Of a DNA stretch of 32,000 nucleotides, positions 16,842-24,807 are shown piece by piece. How positions within the stretch are numbered: the stretch's first letter is position 1; each line of letters opens with the position of its first letter. Both the position numbers and the translations under genes were made by a program. The notes beneath the pieces are model-generated. The model searched no databases, was not told where the DNA came from, and was given only the letters and a program-made list of their open reading frames with translations. This stretch comes from Faecalibaculum rodentium (lineage in GTDB: Bacteria > Bacillota_I > Bacilli_A > Erysipelotrichales > Erysipelotrichaceae): contig NZ_CP011391.1 of the NCBI RefSeq assembly GCF_001564455.1, positions 240,001-272,000 of the forward strand, given 5' to 3'.

Positions 16842-17159
16842 AAGCGTGTAAAGCTGATAAGGAAGAGAAGACGATAATTAGGTCATGTTTGAAACCTCAA
16901 TCTTATACTAGGTAAGTTGACTGAACCCCTCTTAGGAGTGGTGAGATTCGTCGCATATTGTGAATAATCGATAGTGACAGGAACTTTTAACCAAATTAAA
17001 ACCATGTATGGAGTAAACAGGGGAGTGAATCTTTACGATTGATATGTAAGCCTTTACGGAAATTGTACTAGAGCATCTGTGAGTATGCTATGATTATTTA
17101 TCATATCGTTTATTTCTATAGTTTTTTGATTGCTTCGATATAAGAAGGGGATTGACTTT

Positions 17160-17882
17160 ATGCTTGAAGTTTGGGAAGAAGAAGGAATGCAGGAAGAGGT
17201 TATCCATTTGGATGCCTTGGAAAAAGATATAAGCCGAGAAATCAGCCGTTTGGAATTTAGAATCCAGGGACTGGATCTAAGCTCTGCAGTCGACTATGAC
17301 GATGTGGAACGATTAAAAGACGAGAGAAGAAGATTCAAGAAATATAAAGATTCTATCTGCCTTTTGAATATACAAGCAATGGAACCATATCATGGGCGAA
17401 TAGATATGGAAGATTCGGAAACAGGGGAATTGAAACAGTTTTATATTGGTCGAGAGGATTTAACTTTTAATTATACAGACCAGCGTGTTGTTGACTGGAG
17501 ATCTCCAATGGGCAATATTTTCAGCTCTAAGAAGAAGGAGTTTCTTTTTGATGGTCGAATTCATAGATTAATTTTGAGACGAGACATAACCATCAAAAAT
17601 AAAGAGCTGAAAGAAATCAACACAAGCTTCGATATCAACAATGAGATTCTGGGCAGCGAAGTTGTAGATAAGTTTCTGTTATCAGTGCTGAAAGATAAGC
17701 GAAGAGAGAATCGGTTGACAGACATTATTCAGACAGTAAACGCTACTCAAAATGAAATCATGAGAAGGCCCTTTGAAGAAAATTTCATTGTTCAGGGCTG
17801 TGCTGGATCTGGAAAAACCATGGTACTGCTTCACCGACTATCGGTTTTAAGTTTTGAAAATCAGTATCTGGATATAGAAAAA
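17160..17882 (+). pseudogene. HelD-like (UvrD-type SF1) helicase, N-terminal fragment cut by an IS
   Basis: ATG at 17160 follows AAGAAGGGG. HelD N-domain motifs are EPYHGRID, FYIGR and VVDWRSP. Walker A VQGCAGSGKT lies at 17796-17819. As it stands, the ORF reads on into the IS and stops at 17990. Confidence 0.85.
17875..17882. repeat. Left 8-bp target-site duplication TAGAAAAA
   Basis: Identical to 19003-19010 and immediately flanks the IS terminal inverted repeat. Confidence 0.85.
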
Positions 17883-19002
17883 CTTGATAGGCTACGAAGC
17901 TCAGTAAAGCTAAGCTGCAACCAGTTGTTTCTGGACGTCTTTAAAGTAGTCGATCATACCCTGCCGGGTCTGGTGAGCACCGCTGATTAGAGTTCTTCCC
18001 AGTGATGCAAAGATACTCTTTTTCTTCCATTTCCGGCGACTCAGTTTCCACTCGAAGTCTGCTAATTCGTTCTCCAGAAACTGCAGTGCGATCCCGTGTG
18101 CAGTCCCCTGTACCTTGCTTCTGAAGTTGGAAATGATGTGATCCAGAGAGGACAGATGATCTGTATCCACTTCGAACTTTTGGGCATCCACCAGTTTGCC
18201 GGCTATATCCAGAGCCAGGTTGGCCGAACTCCGGTCACAATGCACTACACAGTCACTGGGGACTTCTTCTTCCAGAAACTTCTTCAGTTCTGCCTTATTC
18301 TCGCTGTGAACGATTCTGAATTTGACAGCATCTGTGGCTTCGAATACTTCCTCATCACCATCCATGTCGTCCCAGACATAGTGTTTGATCACAGCTGCAG
18401 CCACATTGACTTTACCTTCTGCTCCCCATCCACGCTTTCCATGCTTCTTTCCGCCATAGGAAAAGACATCCAGTTCGATCGCATCGCAATCAACGGCTAT
18501 GTGAGTTTCGTTGTCCTGCTTCTGAGCCTGTTTGATCTTGCGAAGCATGAGTTTTGTGGTGTGGTAGCTGACACCTGTCAGATCACTGATGTATTTGGCA
18601 GAAGTTCCCGTCTTGGAGATAACATAGGCGAACATCACGAGGATCCAGGAAAACAGAGGAGCCTTGGTGCTTTCCAGCGCTGTCCCGGCAGTGACAGATT
18701 CCTGATGACCACAGTGAGCGCACTGATAGACAGTTCTGAGAGAGCCGTTTTTTCGTACAACAGTCGTGTAGTGGGTATGACCGCACTTTGAGCACACAAA
18801 ACCATCCTTCCACTTCAGATCAAAGAAGAAGCGTTCTGCGTCATGGGGGTCTGAATACTGGGCATGGATATCAGCAAAAGTCAGGTCTTTGAACAGCGAT
18901 TTCTTGAACATAGGGTGCCTCTCTTCCTGATTCAAGTATCGCATTATTACTGGCGCTATTTATGCGTGATAAGCTATTAACTGAGCTTGGTAGTCTATCA
19001 AG
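17883..19002 (-). mobile_element. IS1595-family insertion sequence (1120 bp)
   Basis: Imperfect terminal inverted repeats: CTTGATAGGCTACGAAGCTCAGT on the left versus the reverse complement CTTGATAGACTACCAAGCTCAGT on the right (21 of 23). It has a single transposase gene and 8-bp direct repeats, as expected for IS1595. Confidence 0.85.
17910..18911 (-). CDS. IS1595-family transposase (N-terminal zinc ribbon plus DDE domain)
   Basis: Zinc-ribbon motif FDLKWKDGFVCSKCGH...YQCAHCGHQESVTAGTALESTKAPL, then ...IELDVFSYGGKKHGKRGWGAEGK. The MFKK start at 18911 has the RBS GGAAGAGAGG. The longer ORF starts at 18944. Confidence 0.85.
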   Translation of the reverse strand: MFKKSLFKDLTFADIHAQYSDPHDAERFFFDLKWKDGFVCSKCGHTHYTTVVRKNGSLRTVYQCAHCGHQESVTAGTALESTKAPLFSWILVMFAYVISKTGTSAKYISDLTGVSYHTTKLMLRKIKQAQKQDNETHIAVDCDAIELDVFSYGGKKHGKRGWGAEGKVNVAAAVIKHYVWDDMDGDEEVFEATDAVKFRIVHSENKAELKKFLEEEVPSDCVVHCDRSSANLALDIAGKLVDAQKFEVDTDHLSSLDHIISNFRSKVQGTAHGIALQFLENELADFEWKLSRRKWKKKSIFASLGRTLISGAHQTRQGMIDYFKDVQKQLVAA

Positions 19003-19010
19003 TAGAAAAA
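19003..19010. repeat. Right 8-bp target-site duplication TAGAAAAA
   Basis: Identical to 17875-17882. Confidence 0.85.
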
Positions 19011-21017
19011 ATCAGAGTGATAACACCAAACCCTAATTTCAGTTTATTTATAGACGAATTAAGCACCGACTTAAAGATTGGGCTGATTAAAAAACAATCC
19101 GTTGAAGAATATTACATGGATCTGGTAAAACGATTCCATTCTTCTTGGAAACCAAGTGGATCTTTAAGAACTGAGACATCACTCGATACGGAGGTTCTGG
19201 AGTATATTTACTCAATCGATTTTCAAAAAATGATTTCTAATGAGCTCAGGAAGAAATGGAAGAAATCTATAAATATCTTGACGAAATGTGGTTTTCCAGA
19301 AATTGTCAAGAACAGTGGTTTGGCTTATCCGGACATATCGGAGCCTGGTTATAAATCATTTGCAATGCTTCAAAATATGATTACTGCATTAAATGTGCAA
19401 AAGCAAAAACACCAACAGAATGCAGAAAAACTGGGTATAGAACTTAAGGCAAAAGAAAGGCAATTTGCTGTTATTCAATTTGTAGAAGTGATACTGCGGA
19501 AAAAGCTGCAAAACCAGATTACAGGCTTACATAGATTCATAGAGGATACTCTCGCAAAGAAAACTGTTGAGAGAAGAACTATTAGTATTCAGTATCCTGA
19601 TTTGCACAGAATAATAAATAAAATCAAAAAAGATATTGAAGAGGAAAAGGAGAGACTGAACCAGCTTCAATTAGAAGCATCTAAATGTGATCCGGATTCG
19701 GCTGAGAATCGTGATTTTTGGTTTAGTAGCTGTCCTGAGATGCGATCCACTTATGAGGAAATGAAATTATTGCAAGAGCAACTTAGAAAGGTTCCGGCTT
19801 ACAATTTCACAAAAAAGAACAAATTAAAGAAACGGATTTCTGTATTGTCCAATTCTCTTGATCGGACAATCCTGGTCAACATGGAAAAGCAGAGAAATGA
19901 AAAGCTTAGGGAAATTAAAAAAATAGAGGCAGATATTGAAATTAAAGAAACTGATTTTAATGGATATATCAATAAACTAAGTGAGTTGAGGACACAGTTT
20001 AATGACCTGACCAATGAAATTACCCGGCTGAATATTGCTGCAACAGGAACAATGGATAATACTTCTTTGCCTTCTCCGGAATTGTTAAAATCTATAACCC
20101 AAAATGAAGAAGTAGATAACTACAGTTCTGTGTATAAAAAATGGGTAGATATTTCTTTCGCAAGGGAAAACTTGGATTATGATTTAATCAATGAAAAGAC
20201 TGACAACTATAAAAGCGAATTAAACTGGATTCAATCGTTTATGACAGCAGAAAAGGAAGTACAGAGTCTCACATTTGATGCCTTATACAAGAATCTAGTT
20301 AAAAAAGCTATAACTAAACTTTTTTCTGAGAGTGACAAGGATAAGCGCCCAAAATCAGGATATTATCGATATAACATTTATACAGTGCTGTTCTTGTGCA
20401 GCTTGTACTATTCAACGTTGCCGGAGAAAGATATTCTTCTTTGCATTGATGAGGCACAGGATCTTTCCTTGTGTGAATATATGCTCCTTCACCACATTCA
20501 GGGGAAGAATTGCATATTTAACCTATACGGAGATGTAAACCAACTTGTGTATTCCTATAAGGGAATACCTGACTGGGAGATGCTCGAAGATATTCGAGAA
20601 TTTCAGCTCTATCAATTAAATGAAAACTACAGAAACACTAATCAGGTTACTGAATTCTGTAATGATGAATTGGATAGCGAAATAACATCAATCGGCATTT
20701 CTGGACCAGAAGTGAAGAAAATGACTATTGTCGATGCACTAAATGAACTCTATATTCAAATTCTAAGCGAGGAAGGCTCCAGAGCTGTAATCTACAGTTC
20801 CAATAACGTAACCTCGAAAAAACAAATCCAACAAATGGGTAAGGATATATGCTTCTGTCCGGGAAAGGTTGAAAAGGGAAAAATAGCCCTTTTAACTGTT
20901 GAAGAGTCGAAAGGGCTGGAGTTCCAAACTGTTCTCGTTATCCCTGAAAACATGGAATACAATGACTTGTATGTAGCATACACACGGACTTTGAACGAGC
21001 TGATCATTGGATTATGA
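19011..21017 (+). pseudogene. HelD-like helicase, C-terminal fragment (coiled-coil arm plus Walker B and 2A domains)
   Basis: It continues in frame from 17882 (…LDIEK|IRVITPNPNFSLFIDEL…). Motifs are CIDEAQD (20448-20462), YGDVNQ, NENYRNTNQV, ESKGLEFQTV and YVAYTRT. ORF 18987.. begins at a TTG inside the IS inverted repeat. Confidence 0.85.
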
Positions 21018-23593
21018 AGGATTATATTAATCAAAGATGCACTCACATACGTTACGGTTCTGGAACCATTATCAGCCAAAATTCAAAAATAATTGAAGTA
21101 ATATTCGATGATATTGGTGAAAAAAAGAAATTTGCGTATCCCTCATGCTTTGAAAAGTTTATAACTTTAGTCGATTCGGAGGTGCAATTAGCGGCTAAAA
21201 GTCAGGCAGCAGAATTGGAGAATCAGAATTTACAGCAAGCCAAAAGACGAGAAGAGGAGAAAAGAGCTCAACAGTTTCGAGAGCGTCATGAGGATGAATT
21301 GAAAGAAATGTTTGATATTCCTCAATATGAAACTTTATCGAGTTTTTCCAACCATTTTAAATCATTGGTTTTAGACGAAATTCAAAGCGTACGAATGCAT
21401 CCCAAGCGAAAGTATAAACTGAGGGATGGGAGGCTTATAAAACGGCAGGGTGGAGAGTACATTTATTCTTATGACTTGGAGGATAATCTTCAGCTTCCTG
21501 AAGATCAGGTAATTAATTTGTATATCAGTGCAAATGGAATATATATAGTTAATGATTTTGCTCGGGTCATTTCCTGCGAAGACTTCGAAATCACATTCAG
21601 TACTCTTGTAGATTTATCAGCTAATCTGAAGGTATTGGAAATCTCTTCGAGCCTGACGTGGCTATTGGAAGCTACAGTTGAACGACTTGAAGAATTAAGT
21701 GAGAGCCATTCTCCTATTGCTACAGAATTGGTTACTGCTGGAAAAAAACACATCATCAATGATAATTCGTTGATATGTATAGGGCAGGATACAGCAAGAG
21801 AAATGGCAACTCATCAACAAATAACATTTATTTGGGGGCCGCCAGGAACTGGAAAAACTGAGGTACTTGCACGAATTGGGAGTGATCATTTGAAACAAAA
21901 TCATCGAATTCTCCTAGTTTCTACAGCCAATACTGCGGTTGATGGAGCAGCCTTACGACTGATACGGATGGGCGACAAAGATAGTTTTTCCCCAGGCCAA
22001 ATTATCCGGTATGGGTTTCCCAAAGATCGTGCAGTCACCGAACACCCGTATTTATGGGTACAAACACTTCTGGAAACCAGATATCCTGAAGTATTTGCCA
22101 GGAAAAAGAAACTGATAGAGTTGCGTAAAGATGCATCCAATACAGATGATCATATAAAAGCAGAACTTAGCAAAATAAATCTATACATTAAAGAGTTGAC
22201 AGCCGGTATTGTGGAAAATGCACAGTTTATAGCTACATCTATAGCCAAAGCTAAAACGGACAAACTAATTTGCAAACCAGGAAACTTCGATGTAGTGATT
22301 TTCGATGAAATTTCTATGGCATTGATTCCGGAAGTTGCAATCCTTGCAAACTTATGTAAGAAAACGTTCATTGGAATCGGTGATTTCCGGCAGCTGGCTC
22401 CTATTGCTCAATCTGGAGAAATACATAATGAATTAATCAGTGACATGTTTAACTATTGCGGTATCCATCAAGCTGTGGATAGTGGCTGCAGTCATGAATG
22501 GTTATGTATGCTGGATACACAATATAGAATGCATAGGGATATTGCGACTTTCATTTCTCGAAGCTCATATAAAAATAAGCTCAAAACAGCAACTGGGATT
22601 AGTGAAAAACGAATAATAGGAATAGAATCTAAGCCGTTATCAGGATTTCCAGTTGGGATTCTTGATTTATCAGGAATGATGACTGTATGTAGACAAACAG
22701 CCGAAAAATCAAGATTCAATATATTATCTGCTTTTATTTCTGTTATACAGATTATTCAGGCAAAAGAATGTGTTACATTGGGAATCATTACTCCATATAA
22801 TGCACAATCGAGATTGTTGAAGGCCATTACACGTGATTTAGAAGATAATGGCTTTGAAAAATCATTATTAGAGTGCAGTACAGTACATAGCTTTCAGGGG
22901 TCTGAAAAAGACATAATACTGTTTGATTTGGTTGAATGCTACCTAATGCCTAGTCCAGGGGTTCTTGTAACCGGTATAACAAATGGAACCGCCAATCGGC
23001 TGTTTAATGTAGCTATGTCACGAGCTAAATGCAAATTTATCTGTGTAGCAAATTTGCTCTATTTGAGCAGAAAAAAGTTAAGCCGAAAGCTGGCGTTAAC
23101 TGATTTCATTCATCGACTAAAATCAGAAGCGTATACCCCAGAAATGTACCTTAATACAGCTTTTACAGATTATTATGGTTTTTCAATTTTCACTGATTCC
23201 CGGTCTGCAACCAGACGATTCTTTCAGGACATAAAAAGCGCAAAGAAAACTGTGTATCTGGATATCCCGGATCCTATAAATAAAAGAAATTCATATAGTC
23301 CGCTTGTCGAGGTACTTTTCGACTATAGAGATCATGTGAAAACTACTATACGAGCCCAAAATGTCGAGAATCTTCCGGAAGAGTTTCAAAAACTGAAGCC
23401 TATTGAAGATCGATATAATCCAAGAGACCCGATTGCAATTATTGATGATCATATTCTTTGGTATGGACAGCCTTTGACGGACTCGGCCTTCCTCATAGGC
23501 GATAAAGTAGAACCTGCTTTATACAGGCCTATAATTCGATTCACAGGGAAGCATACAATTGCCCTTCTTTATGATTTTCTCCATATCGAGTAA
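21014..23593 (+). CDS. Upf1/DNA2-type SF1 helicase (AAA_11/AAA_12-like) with N-terminal Tudor-like motif and C-terminal PLD-like domain
   Basis: ATGA overlap with the upstream gene. Motifs are GPPGTGKT (21836-21859), VVIFDEIS, GDFRQLAP, DTQYRMH, ITPYNAQ, TVHSFQGSEKD and NVAMSRAK. Confidence 0.85.
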   Translation: MKDYINQRCTHIRYGSGTIISQNSKIIEVIFDDIGEKKKFAYPSCFEKFITLVDSEVQLAAKSQAAELENQNLQQAKRREEEKRAQQFRERHEDELKEMFDIPQYETLSSFSNHFKSLVLDEIQSVRMHPKRKYKLRDGRLIKRQGGEYIYSYDLEDNLQLPEDQVINLYISANGIYIVNDFARVISCEDFEITFSTLVDLSANLKVLEISSSLTWLLEATVERLEELSESHSPIATELVTAGKKHIINDNSLICIGQDTAREMATHQQITFIWGPPGTGKTEVLARIGSDHLKQNHRILLVSTANTAVDGAALRLIRMGDKDSFSPGQIIRYGFPKDRAVTEHPYLWVQTLLETRYPEVFARKKKLIELRKDASNTDDHIKAELSKINLYIKELTAGIVENAQFIATSIAKAKTDKLICKPGNFDVVIFDEISMALIPEVAILANLCKKTFIGIGDFRQLAPIAQSGEIHNELISDMFNYCGIHQAVDSGCSHEWLCMLDTQYRMHRDIATFISRSSYKNKLKTATGISEKRIIGIESKPLSGFPVGILDLSGMMTVCRQTAEKSRFNILSAFISVIQIIQAKECVTLGIITPYNAQSRLLKAITRDLEDNGFEKSLLECSTVHSFQGSEKDIILFDLVECYLMPSPGVLVTGITNGTANRLFNVAMSRAKCKFICVANLLYLSRKKLSRKLALTDFIHRLKSEAYTPEMYLNTAFTDYYGFSIFTDSRSATRRFFQDIKSAKKTVYLDIPDPINKRNSYSPLVEVLFDYRDHVKTTIRAQNVENLPEEFQKLKPIEDRYNPRDPIAIIDDHILWYGQPLTDSAFLIGDKVEPALYRPIIRFTGKHTIALLYDFLHIE

Positions 23594-23606
23594 TTGAGAA
23601 GATAAT

Positions 23607-23653
23607 AAAGCTGCAGCCTTCCCCTGTACCGGGTGAAAGCCGCAGCTTTTTTT
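23607..23653. terminator. Bidirectional terminator between the helicase gene and fda
   Basis: AAAGCTGCAGC (23607-23617) pairs with GCCGCAGCTTT (23639-23649) with one mismatch, followed by a T7 run. The A/T-rich tract upstream serves the minus strand. Confidence 0.6.
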
Positions 23654-23684
23654 CATGTGTCGGATGGAATACGTGTGTCAGACT

Positions 23685-24569
23685 CTACGCAATGGATGCT
23701 TCGTAGATCGACTGGATGCTGTCGTCCATCATTTTGTCGAAGGCTTCCTCTGTCTGATTTGCGTTCAGCCCCTCGGACAGTGCCCTGGAGAAGCTGGCAA
23801 TCAGGCCGGGGTTCTTCTTCAGCAGCTCGTTGGCTTCCTTGCGGGAGTAGCCGCCGGAAAGAGCCACGATCCGGACAACATGGGGATCCTTCATGAGTTC
23901 TGTGTAGAGACCGGGTTTCGTGGGGATGGACAGCTTCAGCATGATCTTTGTGTCTGCCGGCAGCTTTTCCAGTTCTTTCTGGATGTCCTTCAGGAGAAGG
24001 TCCTCGGCTTCGGCTTTGTCCGCAATGGTGATGTCCACCTCGGGTTCCAGAATGGGCACCAGCCCTGCATCGGCAATCTGTTTTCCGATCTCAAACTGCT
24101 GCCTGACGATTTCCTCGATGCCCTTCGGGTTGGCGGCGTGGATCACAGAACGCATCTTGGTTCCGAAAATGTGCTTGCCCTTTGCCTTCTCCAGCGTCTG
24201 GGCCAGATTGGGGATGGGTTTCATGAGCTGCACGCCGTCTTTCTCCGGCTCCAGCCCCTTGTCGACTTTCAGGAACGGGATGACGCCTTTTTCTTCCCAC
24301 AGGAAGTCCGCGGTGTCTTTTCCGTCCACCTGACGGTCCATGGTGTTTTCAAACAGGATCGCTCCCAGGATCCGGCTGTCAAAGGACGGGGACTTCATCA
24401 TGCGGGTCCGCATTTCATGCATGAGATCATACATTTCCTCGTCGGTTTTCCAGGCATCCGATGTGATTCCGTAGCGTTCCAGTGCCTTCGGGGAGCTGCC
24501 GCCGGACTGGTCGAGTGCCGCAATGAAGCCCTGGCCGTCGGACATACGTTCAAGCTGTTTCTGGTTCAT
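23685..24569 (-). CDS. fda: Fructose-bisphosphate aldolase, class I
   Basis: [30 protein letters not shown]...FLKVDKGL...GTKMRS...ILEPEV...LSGGYSR closely parallels staphylococcal Fda as I recall it. Confidence 0.95.
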   Translation of the reverse strand: MNQKQLERMSDGQGFIAALDQSGGSSPKALERYGITSDAWKTDEEMYDLMHEMRTRMMKSPSFDSRILGAILFENTMDRQVDGKDTADFLWEEKGVIPFLKVDKGLEPEKDGVQLMKPIPNLAQTLEKAKGKHIFGTKMRSVIHAANPKGIEEIVRQQFEIGKQIADAGLVPILEPEVDITIADKAEAEDLLLKDIQKELEKLPADTKIMLKLSIPTKPGLYTELMKDPHVVRIVALSGGYSRKEANELLKKNPGLIASFSRALSEGLNANQTEEAFDKMMDDSIQSIYEASIA

Positions 24570-24807
24570 ATTGACCTCCTTTTGTCATCTGTTTCCTTCA
24601 TCATAACGAAGGCCGTCGCCCAGACCCTGCAGCATGCCTGCCATTGGGACAGAAGAGCGCTTTTATATAGATGAATGGTCTGCAGACCGGCTGGTCTCAA
24701 AGCACGGGATACGCCAAAAGCATGGGTGCCTATGCCGGAAAACAATGGACCTGAACCTTGGTTAAAGCAGTATAATGAGAACAGAAAGAACAAAGAGGAT
24801 TTTTTTT

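Noticed and set aside
18096-18791. A 231-aa plus-strand ORF inside the IS.
   Set aside because: It is antisense to the clearly recognisable IS1595 transposase and has no motifs of its own.
23333-23341. The H-V-K triplet (aa 774-776 of helicase B) as a catalytic HKD motif.
   Set aside because: It lacks the D four residues after the K and the GSxN that should follow. It also sits in the wrong secondary-structure element relative to the IIDD strand. It is not sufficient to call an active PLD nuclease.
16819-23616. The 9-bp direct repeat AAGCTGCAG as bona fide att sites or a target duplication of the island.
   Set aside because: The left copy lies about 110 bp inside the compositional boundary rather than at it. 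The repeat is short, and CTGCAG is also part of both hairpin stems. It is kept as a low-interest observation, not a call.
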